In this document: positions 1-11,050 of the stretch, piece by piece
Layout: each line of letters begins with the position of its first letter
Position numbering within the stretch: the stretch's first letter is position 1
Assembly (NCBI GenBank): GCA_964016885.1
Contig: OZ024762.1
Coordinates: forward strand, 3,348,001 to 3,412,000
Direction: 5' to 3'
DNA length: 64,000 nt
From: Eledone cirrhosa
Taxonomy: Eukaryota
Made by a program: the position numbers and the translations under genes
The notes under the pieces: generated by a model
What the model was told of the DNA's origin: nothing
What the model saw: only the letters and a program-made list of their open reading frames with translations
The model's database searches: none

Positions 1-253
1 TTTACAGAGTCAGGTTGGTGACATTAGATTCTTTTTTTTTCTTTCTTTCCCCATGCTGTGTGGTTAAGTAGTTCACCTTGCAACCATATGGCTCTGGGCT
101 AATTCCCTCCCTATGGAACCCTGGGCACTATCCCCAGAAAAGAGAAAGAGAATCTCCACCAATCTTTATTATTCGTAAAATTTCATCCTCCAACAAATTA
201 TTATTTCAGTGGAAATAATTTTCTTTCTTTTAATATTTCAATTCCAATTCTAG

Positions 254-303
254 GCAAACCGATTTGTTGAGCGATTCCATGAAGAGAGGAAAACGAAGTT
301 GAG
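254..303 (+). CDS. VPS54: VPS54 internal coding exon (ANRFVERFHEERKTKLS); gene starts upstream of the window
   Basis: ttctag| acceptor and |gtaagt donor; peptide matches the Vps54 FVxRFHEERKTKLS segment recalled from vertebrate Vps54. Confidence 0.93.
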
Positions 304-590
304 GTAAGTTGGACATATTAGGCACAAGGCCAGCAATTTTGGAAGAAAAGGAGAGTCGATTAAATCAACCCCAATACGTTACTAGTACTCGATAAAATAA
401 AGTACCAGTAATGTACTGAGGTTGATTTAATTGACTTTTCCCTTTCCCTCAAAATTTTCCCTTTCACATTGCTCCAGTTTACTCAGCTGTAGAAATGAGA
501 TGATAGGGACTGTTGGAGTGCTTCTAATCTATTGTATTTCATTAATTTATTCATTGAACCTTGTTTAACCTTTAAATATATATCTAATAT

Positions 591-635
<45 letters not shown>

Positions 636-678
636 AATAATGTATGGGTTTGATGATAATAATGTCTATATTTTGTAG

Positions 679-761
679 TTTGATTCTGGACAGTGAGAGA
701 TGGAAACAAACTGATGTACCTGGAGAGTTCCAGGAAATGGTGGACCACATTAATAAAATAG
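679..761 (+). CDS. VPS54: VPS54 exon (LILDSERWKQTDVPGEFQEMVDHINKI)
   Basis: ttttgtag| and |gtaatt; phase 2 in, phase 1 out; LDxERWKQxDVPxEFQ motif. Confidence 0.95.
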
Positions 762-774
762 GTAATTTATTGAA

Positions 775-1068
775 TCATCATGATAACCATCATTGTCACT
801 ACCACCACCATCACTACCACCACCACCAACACCATCATCATCACAACCAACACCAACACTATCATCACCATTAACACCAACATCACCACCACCACCACCA
901 ACACCACCAACACCATCATTATCACCACCACCACCACCACCATCACCACCACCAACACCACCAAAACCAACATCACCACCACCACCACCACCACCATCAC
1001 CACCGCCACCATTATCACCACCACCACAACTGCCACCGCCATCACCTCATCTGCCACCACCACCACTG
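775..1068. repeat. (ACC/ATC)n triplet tract; similar tracts at 37190-37656, 48040-48408, 51945-52350
   Basis: Low-complexity triplets; this tract is intronic. Confidence 0.9.
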
Positions 1069-1201
1069 TTTGAAGGGCAGTTTACCATACAGAGAGTTGT
1101 GTTTGTCAGATTATTGGCTTGTTAACTCCAATGTTTGTAGTATCTTCACTACTGAACAGATCATTAGATATATCTAATGATTTGAAATATTTTATTTCCA
1201 G

Positions 1202-1237
1202 GAAAAATGCAGCTTCCAGAAAAAAGAATTGATTTAA
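1202..1237 (+). CDS. VPS54: VPS54 36-nt exon (GKMQLPEKRIDL)
   Basis: tttccag| and |gtaagt; phase-compatible; resembles GKIALPEKK of vertebrate Vps54. Confidence 0.85.
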   Translation, partial: EKCSFQKKELI

Positions 1238-1912
1238 GTAAGTTTGGGTTTACTATCAATCATTTTTCGTTTTTTTTTTCTGCCTCTCTCTCTCTCTCTC
1301 TCTCTCGCTCTCTCTTTCTTACATTATCCTCTCTCTCTCTCTTCTCTCAATCTTTCTACCATTACCTCTTTCTTCTTTCAGTTTCTCTCTTTGTCACTTC
1401 TCTCTGTCTCTCCTCCATTACGACCCTCTCTCTCTCTCTCTCTCTCTCTCTCAGAGGTCAGTAGCTCTGACTCTGTCTGTGATGACCCGTCTATCCCATG
1501 GTAGTATGGATGGAAAAGCAAGCATCAAAGGTCTATAAGTGTAATGTGTTCTCTTGAACCACTTAAGACAATAGCTCCAGCATGGAAAAGTGGACATTAG
1601 ATGATGATGATCATCGTTTAAAGTCCATTTCCCATGCTAGCATAGGTTAGACGAGTTGTCCTGTTGTGAGACAAGTCAGGTCAGGTGACCATGTCTTGCT
1701 CATATAGAACTGATTTTGGCTTGGTTTCTATGGCTGGATGCCCTTCCTAACATCAATCACTATACAGTCTGGGCTGGGTGCGTTTTGTCATGTCACCAGC
1801 ACTACCACTTTACAGTGTGGACTGGGGGCTTTTTGTCATAATACCAACACGACAACTTCATTCCAGCAGGTCTTGTCAGAAGCAACTGTTGCCAACAGAT
1901 CTGGCTAAATAC

Positions 1913-2258
1913 TCAAGTGAGACTAGCCGAGCTCATGGATGTTATTCGACCATCTTGCTCAAGGGTCTATCCTTGGGTCTCCTGCTGGTTGGTTTGTCCT
2001 CAAGTGAGACTAGCCGAGCTCATGGATGTTATTCGACCATCTTGCTCAAGGGTCTATCCTTGGGTCTCCTGCTGGTTGGTTTGTCCTCAAGTGAGACTAG
2101 CTGAGCTCATGGATGTTATTCGACCATCTTGCTCAAGGGTCTATCCTTGGGTCTCCTGCTGGTTGGTTTGTCCTCAAGTGAGACTAGCTGAGCTCATGGA
2201 TGTTATCCGACTATCTTGCTCAAGGGTCTACCCTTGGGTCTCCTGCTGGTTGGTTTGG
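1913..2258. repeat. 87-bp tandem x4, RTE-derived
   Basis: 29-aa periodicity in the ORF track; homologous to 19955-20040. Confidence 0.9.
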
Positions 2259-2356
2259 TTTTTCCCATAAAGTTTGTCCAGTGATTCCTTCCTAAGACAT
2301 TCAAACGACAATGATGTCATATTTTATTAAGTTCTATTCATTTCTGTTCAATTTAG

Positions 2357-2411
2357 ATAAGAAGCCTGGAGAATTCATCATCGTGAACAATGAAAAACAC
2401 GCAGTAGTCGG
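2357..2411 (+). CDS. VPS54: VPS54 exon (NKKPGEFIIVNNEKHAVVG)
   Basis: atttag| and |gtaagt; phase-compatible; ends in conserved AVVG. Confidence 0.9.
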
Positions 2412-3899
2412 GTAAGTGGTGTCTCTTTTCTCTGTTCTTGTTTCATTTATTGCATCTTCTGTGATGAAATTACTAAAAGATGTGATTATTATTGTGGTTG
2501 TTTGTCCCCAGGTCAGCCCTGATAATACAGTAGGTCTGTGGTCAAAGATGTTCCAACTGTGACCATTTTATATTCAGACATTGTGTATCTAGGACTACAT
2601 TATCTAATGTATAGTATAGCAGTTAGTATTAGTCTGTTGTTTATTCCCAGATCTGCCTTGATGTTACAGTAGGCCTATTGTCAAAGATGTTCCACCTGTG
2701 ACCATCCTATCGTTTATTCAGATATAGTGAATCTCGGACTATATCTAATTCAGTGGTTCCCAAAGTAAGTTCAGTTGGGGTCCTGTGAAAAAAGGTAAAG
2801 GAGTATATTTATATTACAACCATATAACAGTATTAGACTTTGGGGTTCCCCCAAAAGTTTCTGAACCAAAAAGGGTTCCACATTTGAAAAAGTTTGGTAA
2901 ACCCTGATCTAATGTGTAGTATAGTAGTTAGTATTAGTGTGTTGTTTGTCCCAGGTCAGCCCTGATGATACAGTAAGTCTATGGTCAAATATGTTCCAAT
3001 TGTGAACATCCTATTGTCTATTTAGACATAGTGTATCTAGGACTACGTTATTTAATGTATAGTATAGAAGTTAGTATTTGTAGCTATAGTTGTTGTTGGT
3101 TTTTAGACCTTGATCAGTTTAGATCCAGAAGATCTGTAACCATCCTGTCCTTTATTCCAGGGGTCTCAATCAAACATGGCCCACAAACTACTTTTCTATG
3201 TCCTGAGGCAGAAGAATTTTCATAATTAATATTTTCCTAAAATTTGGTAATTTCTCCCTCATCCCTTCCATACTCTTGCAATTTACCTGTGAGATACAAT
3301 AAAAAAGGGAAGCAGAATTTATTAAAAGTAAAGTGTGGTTGGCATTAGAAAGGGCATCCAGCCATAGAAACCAAGCCAGAAACGGTTCTGTATGAGTAAG
3401 ACATGGTCACCTGATCTGATTTGCCTCACAATGGGTCAACCCCATCTAATCCATGCTAGTGTAGAAAATGTACGTTAAACAGTGATGATGATGATGATGG
3501 AATTAAAGAAAATTTCTTCTTCTTTGCCCACTTATTTTTGAGAGGGTCATGGGGAAAGAGTCCTCAAACACTCCTTCCAGTGGGTCTTGTCAGAAGCAAT
3601 GCCTCTTATTGATCCAGCTGGTCCCCAATAGGGATCAGCCGAGCTCATGGATGTTATCCATAAAGAAAATTTGAAGTGGAAAAATCTGTCCCCTTACATT
3701 TTGTACTAACATGTAGCCCACTTAACTATCATAAGCATATTCATTATAGTTCTTTGTCATCTCTTTTCTGAGATTCAGGAATTTAGGATCAGTTCTCATA
3801 GCCCCTTATATTTAGTTTTTCTCTCAGTTCATCCATCTTTGTCGTTCACACATCTATATATATGTATATATGTATTGTATGTTTTTACCTTTAATATAG

Positions 3900-4005
3900 C
3901 ACTGTACTCATGTTGTTGAAAATGATGGTTGAGTACTGTGAATGTGTTGATGATATCCCTGCTGCTTCTCAGGACATAGTCACAAGGCTGATAGACTTGC
4001 TTAAG
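3900..4005 (+). CDS. VPS54: VPS54 exon (TVLMLLKMMVEYCECVDDIPAASQDIVTRLIDLLK)
   Basis: aatatag| and |gtagct; start of the Vps54 C-terminal domain region. Confidence 0.95.
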
Positions 4006-4391
4006 GTAGCTATACATAGCTTCTATATTTTTTTATCACATCCTGTTTCAGTTTTATTTAACCATTTTGGTAACAAACTGCCTGACATTGTCCCCTGATT
4101 CCATTATACAAATCTTTGTTTTTAAAATCTTTATATTTACCTAAAAACCTTCCATAATAATTTTATGTAAGAACCTTTGTTAAGTTATGTTCCAAACACT
4201 AAATAATATGGAATTTAGTTATATTACTAAATATCTTCAAATTTTGATTTCAAAATTATTTGAAACTCGTCAGAAATAAAGTAATGAAAGTGTTAATTTA
4301 AAAACCTTCCATCATAATTTTATCTAAGAACCTCTGTTAAGTTATGTTCCAAACACCAGCTTTATAATGTTGTTTTGTTTTTATTCTTCAG

Positions 4392-4479
4392 ACTTTCAAT
4401 TCACGGACCTGCCAATTGGTGCTGGGGGCTGGAGCACTTCAGTTAGTTGGTCTGAAAACAATTTCCACCAAAAATTTAG
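4392..4479 (+). CDS. VPS54: VPS54 exon (TFNSRTCQLVLGAGALQLVGLKTISTKNL)
   Basis: cttcag| and |gtgagt; diagnostic FNSRxCQLVLGAGA...GLKTIxxKNL motif. Confidence 0.97.
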
Positions 4480-5394
4480 GTGAGTAATTAATATCATCAT
4501 CATCATCATCGTTTTAACATCCACTTTCCCTGCTAGAAAGGGTTGGATGGGTCAACATAAATCATGTCTGTACTGAAGCGGGGCTACTGACCTCCCAGAA
4601 GGGCTGAGGAGTCTGCATCTTGCTTTCATATGGTTTCATGTTCTATCAGTGCACAGAGGAAGTTGTCATATCTATGTCACATCTGAAGAGTCCTCCCAAC
4701 CGGCAAGTTTTCTACAGCTAGATGCCCTTCCCAACACCGTCCACTTTACAGAGTGTACTGGGTGTTTTTATCATGTAGATCACCAACAGTAGGTAGGTTG
4801 TTATGTCTTTGACACAAAGTTAGGGTACTTCCAACCCTTTGTTTGGCAGGCTTTCTATGGCTGGATGCCCTTCCTATCTATACACATACACACATATATA
4901 TGCATGTGTATATATACACATACACGCATATATATGCATGTATATATATATGTGTACACACATATGAAACATTGACTAGATTTGCTCAATTGCACCTAGT
5001 GCAGTTGTTAACTACTGCACATAGTACAAACTTAACTGGCTTGGATTAATTAATAGTAGCACTAACTTAGCGTGGTTAATGGATATTAGCCCTTTACCAT
5101 TTGCATTACTCTATATTTACTATTGTATTTTATCTTACATAATTATCTCACATAATATCGAAGTTATGAGATTTTTTTGATATAATTTATTTTGAGAACA
5201 ATACCTTAACATTGATATGAGCGGCTGATTACAGCTGGTTTGAACTGAAAGAGGTGAGAGAATTTTGGCCAGATATGGCCAGTTTAATGCTAAAGGGTTA
5301 AACTCTGTTGATACTATGTGTTTATGTGTAATAAACACATAGTCTTGCTATTATGAGCGAGACTAAGGGAAGATAGTGGTTATAGTTATGTATC

Positions 5395-6045
5395 ATCATC
5401 ATCATCATTGTTTTTATGTCTGTTGTTCCACATTTGCATGGGTTGGACAGGTCCTTCTCAGTACAGCATCTCTTCACTTTTTGCATTCCTTTGTCATCTC
5501 CTCTGTGAGCTTTGGTGATCTGACATCAGCTCTCACCACTTCCATCCTGGTCTTCCTTGGATTTCCTCTACTGCAGCTTCCTTCCACTGCGATTACTTGG
5601 CACCTCTTCACCTAGCGATCATCATCCATATACATCACATGTCCATACCAGCACAGTTTCCTTCCTCTCCTGTACACTACTTCTGATTCCTCTTATACCC
5701 AGGTCTTCCTCTCCTCTACGCTCCACATCTGATTCCTCTTATACCCAGTTTTTCCTCATTTCATCCACATGTCCATACCAGAGCAGTCTCCTCTCCTGCA
5801 CACACCACTACTGATTTCTTTTATACCCAATTTCTCCCTCAGTTCATCAACATGACCATATCAGAGCAGTCTCCTCTCCTGTACACACCACATCTCATTC
5901 TTCTTATACCCAGTTTCTCTCTCAGTTCATCCACATGTCGATATCAGAGCAGTCTCCTTTCCTTACACCCAGTTTCTCCCTCAGTTCATCCACATGTCCA
6001 TACCAGAGATGTCTCCTTTCCTTACACCCTGTTTCTCTCCCAGTT
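5395..6045 (-). mobile_element. Degenerate RTE 3' end with repeated internal duplications
   Basis: Repeated cacatgtccataccag (antisense of LxWYGHV) and the family tail. Confidence 0.7.
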
Positions 6046-6080
6046 AATCTATACTTATGGTTTATATTCTCTATTTTCAG

Positions 6081-6199
6081 CTCTTGCTTCTCGATGTCTA
6101 CAACTGATTGTCCATTATGTACCATATGTGAAAAAACATTTCAAACCCAAATTATATGATAAGAAACACATGTTGAAGCACCTGGACCAGATAACAAAG
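6081..6199 (+). CDS. VPS54: VPS54 exon (ALASRCLQLIVHYVPYVKKHFKPKLYDKKHMLKHLDQITK)
   Basis: ttttcag| and |gtatgg; ALxSRCLQLIVHYxP motif. Confidence 0.96.
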
Positions 6200-6396
6200 G
6201 TATGGAGAAGGTTATGTTGGATTTTATCTGTCAACACTATACATATATGTATATTATCATCATCACCATTTAACGTCTATGTTTCCATGCTAGCATGGGT
6301 TAGATGAGTTATCCTGTTGTGAGCAATGCCAGGTCAGGTGACCATGACTTGCTCATGGCTTCTACAACTGGATGCCCTTCCTAGTGCCAACCTCAT

Positions 6397-7030
6397 TTAC
6401 AGTGAGTACTGGGCGCTTTTTGTTGAGTCACCACCACGACCACTTTACAGTGAGTACTGGGCGCTTTTTGTTGAGTCACCACCACGACCACTTTACAGTG
6501 AGTACTGGGTGCTTTTTGTCGTGACACCACCACGACCACTTTACAGTGAGTACTGGGCGCTTTTTGTCGTGACACCACCACGACCACTTTACAGTGAGTA
6601 CTGGGCGCTTTTTGTTGAGTCACCACCACGACCACTTTACAGTGAGTACTGGGTGCTTTTTGTCGTGACACCACCACGACCACTTTACAGTGAGTACTGG
6701 GTGCTTTTTGTCGTGACACCACCACGACCACTTTACAGTGAGTACTGGGCGCTTTTTGTCGTGACACCACCACGACCACTTTACAGTGAGTACTGGGTGC
6801 TTTTTGTTGTGACACCACCACGACCACTTTACAGTGAGTACTGGGTGCTTTTTGTCGTGACACCACCACGACCACTTTACAGTGAGTACTGGGTGCTTTT
6901 TGTCGTGACACCACCACGACCACTTTACAGTGAGTACTGGGTGCTTTTTGTCGTGACACCACCACGACCACTTTACAGTGAGTACTGGGTGCTTTTTGTC
7001 GTGACACCACCACGACCACTTTACAGTGTG
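6397..7030. repeat. 48-bp minisatellite x13 inside a SINE/RTE-UTR copy
   Basis: Unit tttacagtgagtactgggYgctttttgt...caccaccacgaccac. Confidence 0.95.
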
Positions 7031-7544
7031 GACCGGAGGCTTCACTGGATGTATACTTCCGCTTGTCCTCATGTATGGGAGTGCGTGAGTGAGGTGGGGT
7101 GGTGCATACTATATATAAGCTTCAGTCTCGACATGCGCGTTGGGGAAGCCTGGTTTTCTGTAATACTGTAATACTGCATAACACCAGACAACAATATATA
7201 TATATATATGATCATCATCATCATATATACGTAAATAAGACTATTATTGCTCCAATCTGTCTACTCACCTTCATCCAATATCCTATACAGACTTGCCAAC
7301 CTCTAAAAACCTAAATGGGTAGTTCCATGAAAAAAGGGCCTGAAAATGGGGAGAAATGAGGCAAAATGGGGGAGATTTTACACAAAGCTTTCACAAGAGA
7401 AGACATCTCTCACCCACTTCAAAGGCTATTACAAATCTTGCTGTTGGACGGGGAGAGTTTACAGGTCTGCCTATACTGAACACCAACCTGTACCCATGAA
7501 TCCTGCCAAACAAACCGTATTCACTCTCTAAATTCTTTAAATCA

Positions 7545-7992
7545 ATGGTAAGGCTGCTGGACCATCGGGGATAGTTGTTGAGATGATGTAGGCACTAAAC
7601 TGGTTGCACGCATCATCAATCAGGCTATATATGGTGGTGTCATATCCAAAGACTGGTGCAGCAGTATTCTCATAAATTGCTACAAAGGTAAAGGGGATGC
7701 TCTGGATCAATTTTAGGGGTATAAAACTGATGGATTAGTTTATGAAAGTGGCAGAAAGGATATTAGCGCAACTAATTAGAGAAAGGGTCAAACTAGATGA
7801 GATGCAGTTTGGTTTGTGCCTGGGAAAAGTACAACATGTCCTCTTCTTGGTGAGACAGTTACAAGAGAGGTTCTTAGAGAAAAATAAGCCACTATACTTA
7901 GCCTTTGTTGACCTAGAGAAGGCCTTTGATAGGGTACCACCCTTGCAAGCAGGGAAAAGTGGATGTAAAATGATGATGATGATGATGATGAT
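7545..7992 (+). mobile_element. Internally deleted RTE family B (RT N-part joined to the 3' tail)
   Basis: LAFVDLEKAFDRVP runs directly into cacccttgcaagcagggaaaagtgg and (GAT)n. Confidence 0.8.
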
Positions 7993-8710
7993 ATGCAGAG
8001 CACTTATTCTACCGAATTCGACTTAACATAACTGGACCTTAATAGCTAACAAATGGAGAAGACAGATGTTATGAAGCTGCAGCTGTCATAATATGTAGTT
8101 TCTTTATAATAAGACCAAAGCGACTACAACCCCATTACGTGATAGGCCATGCTCCACCCTCTCTCGTATACCATTGACCATAAGCCCTCAAAGAATCCAC
8201 TTAGATTACAGGATGCTGCACATTAGGAAGTCTAGTTCTCACAACATAACATTAAAATCAAATTAATTATCAAGAAGATACACAGGCTATTAATTATCAG
8301 CATACTGCAAGCGACTAAATGAGCCATATGAGTAATCTCCCCTTAATAGATACTGCAGTCTCAAGGGAAACAACTCATAAAAATTACTAGCTTACTAAAG
8401 ATTAAAGAAATAAGTGAAATGAATACAAGATGAAGGACACAAGAAGTCTAGTTCTTATATCCAAAGTCTGTAAGCCTGGAGGCTCATTAGGCTAGTGCTT
8501 AAGCTGGTTTCATGGCGGGAAGTGACTGAAAGTACAAGACTCTCCACTGGATAGGACGCCACTCCATTGCGGGGTCAAACTCCAAGTTATTGCTGGTACT
8601 CATTTTCAGTTGAGTAAACTGGAGCAACGTGAAATGAAGTGTTTTGTTGAAGAACATATACCGCCTCCATTCTGATATATATTGTTTTTTTTTTTCAATT
8701 TATTTTCAAG

Positions 8711-8791
8711 GATTATACAGACCATATTGATGAAATCTCAAATAAATTAGTTGCAATTATGGATGCTTCAACAGAAATCTATATTTTAAAG
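8711..8791 (+). CDS. VPS54: VPS54 exon (DYTDHIDEISNKLVAIMDASTEIYILK)
   Basis: tttcaag| and |gttggt; DYxDHIxEISxKLVAIMD motif. Confidence 0.95.
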
Positions 8792-8928
8792 GTTGGTATC
8801 ACTGGATGTTCTTTGTAAATTGAAGCTACATTAACAAAGCATTTTTGTATAGTGTAAGAATGAAAAACAAAAAAGAAGAAAAACCACTTCGACTGCTTCA
8901 TATTAATGTGGATGTTTGTGTGTGTCTA

Positions 8929-8983
<55 letters not shown>

Positions 8984-8988
<5 letters not shown>

Positions 8989-9178
8989 AACGAGTAGGAC
9001 CCCGACAGCTGAGCTCAAGCCGTTTCGACGGCTAATTCTGGACTCCAGAATTAGCCGTCGAAACGGCTTGAGCTCAGCTGTCGGGGTCCTACTCATTCCT
9101 ATTACCCACTCTACTACCCTAAGTATTGAGTACTTTGGTCCGTTATGGTCCACCTGGTTCCTTACCACATTTCCTTTG

Positions 9179-9181
<3 letters not shown>
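8984..9181. mobile_element. ~200-bp element in (TA)n with a terminal ~58-bp-arm hairpin
   Basis: Inverted repeat 8984-9102; copies 52609-52810, 59757-59870 (deleted), 47448-47526 (tail only). Confidence 0.75.
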
Positions 9182-9234
<53 letters not shown>

Positions 9235-9567
9235 TCATCATCATCATCATCATCATCGTTTAACGTCTATCTTCCACGCTAGCATGGGTTAGACGGGAAT
9301 TGTCTCACTTGAGGCAAGATTGGTCGGGTGACTGTGACTCGCTCGTATAGGACTGTCTGGCAGGTTTTCTACGGCTGGATGCCCTTCCTAACACCAACCA
9401 TGTTTACAGTGTGGACTGGGAGGTTTTTACCGTGTTACCTACACCTAGCGAACGAGATCTGGGATCTTGTCAATTATTTAAATACAAAAAAAAAATGTTA
9501 GGGAGCACAATTATCTGAGAGATTTTTGGCAATTTTATAAATGTTGTTACTGTTGCATATTTTCCAG

Positions 9568-9675
9568 TGGGATGCTAAGCCTCCGATGCCGTCGCAGCAC
9601 TTCAGAAATATTTGTAAACAGATGAGCAAGTTTCATGAAGTTACTATTGATGTTCTACCCCAACACCAAGTCAAG
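9568..9675 (+). CDS. VPS54: VPS54 exon (WDAKPPMPSQHFRNICKQMSKFHEVTIDVLPQHQVK)
   Basis: tttccag| and |gtatgt; PSxxFRNICKQM motif. Confidence 0.95.
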
Positions 9676-10318
9676 GTATGTGGTTATTTGTTATTACAAC
9701 AATAAACGGCTGTTGGATTGACAGTAGAATTGGTAGAGCGTCGGACAAGATGCTTTTTGTGGCACATAGTTACGGCCCCTTACGTTTCTACATTCAAATC
9801 AGTTGTGTCAAAGACATGACAACCTCTCTAGTGCTGGTGCCATGATAAAATTCACCCAGTAGAACGTGGAACTATATGTAAGCTAGATGCAAACCCCTGG
9901 CCTGTCTTTTAGGTCAGTGGCTCTGTTTCAGAACTGACTTTGTCTGTAAACACCCGTCCAACCCTTGTTAGCAGGGAAAGTGGGCATTAAATGATGATGA
10001 TATAACCATATTATATTAGCATTTAACCGACTGTTTCTGGCCAGAATTCTCTCACCCTTTCTGTTTAAACTGGCCGTAGTTGGACACTCATACTGATGTT
10101 AAGGTTTTGTTCTTAAAATAAATAATAAAATGTGGTAGATTTGATATTATGTGAGATAATTATGAGATAAAGCCTTTACCATGAAAATACAATAGTAAAT
10201 ATAGAGTAATGTTAATCGACTTCCCCCTCTCAAAACGATTGGCCACATGCCTAAATTAGAAACCATTATATTGTTTGTTTTCCTGCTTCTCAGTGATTCT
10301 TATGGCTTTCTCTTCCAG

Positions 10319-10413
10319 AATATATTTGAAAGAATTCACAAAAACTTTGTGAATGTTTTACGGCATCAATTGCAGACCCTGAATATAATGAATGACGGAG
10401 GACCTCAGAACGG
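10319..10413 (+). CDS. VPS54: VPS54 exon (NIFERIHKNFVNVLRHQLQTLNIMNDGGPQNG)
   Basis: cttccag| and |gtatgt; NDGGPQNG motif. Confidence 0.95.
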
Positions 10414-10427
10414 GTATGTTAAATATT

Positions 10428-10725
10428 ATATTACACCATGTACCCAGGTAAGGGTAGGGGTACAGCATGGGTTTATTACACCATGTACCCAGGTAAGGAT
10501 AGGTAAACGATGGGTATATTATATTACATCATGTACCCAGTTTAGAATAGGTATACCATGGGTATATTACATCATGTACCCAGTTTAGAATATGGGTAAC
10601 CCGTAGGTATATTATATTATGTACCCAGTTTGGAATAAGAGTATACTGTGGTTATATTATATTACATCATGTCCCTAGATAAGGATAGATACAGTTTGGG
10701 TATATTCCACCCTGTACCTAGTTTA
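10428..10725. repeat. Degenerate ~45-bp tandem just after a VPS54 donor site
   Basis: Recurrent tattacaYcatgtacccag. Confidence 0.8.
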
Positions 10726-10890
10726 GAGACACCGAATGTTAGAAGGTTGGGTAGAATGGTTAGCAGCATTCATTCCAGCTCCCTTCACTCTCAGAGTTCA
10801 ATTCCCACCCCATGGAGGTTAACTTTGGCTTTTGACTTTTTGAGGTTGATAAAAAAGTAGTAGTCAAACACTATTAGAGAGCAAACGATT

Positions 10891-10947
<57 letters not shown>

Positions 10948-11007
10948 TATATATATAAATATAAACGATTTCTCATATATATATATATATATATAAATAT
11001 AAACGAT

Positions 11008-11049
<42 letters not shown>

Positions 11050-11050
<1 letters not shown>

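Noticed and set aside
767-1125. Pro-, Thr- or His-rich ORFs (extensin/mucin-like); likewise 37135-37820, 47990-48428, 51818-52671
   Set aside because: (ACC/ATC)n tracts; the first lies inside a well-defined VPS54 intron
4235-4275. Minus-strand CTGACGA...GAAA in MITE family 2
   Set aside because: GAAA is part of the hairpin itself; no stem I or III
6397-7030. CRISPR-like appearance of the 46-50-bp arrays (also 13575 and 26213)
   Set aside because: Head-to-tail units with no unique spacers, no cas genes, eukaryotic context, and derived from a SINE module
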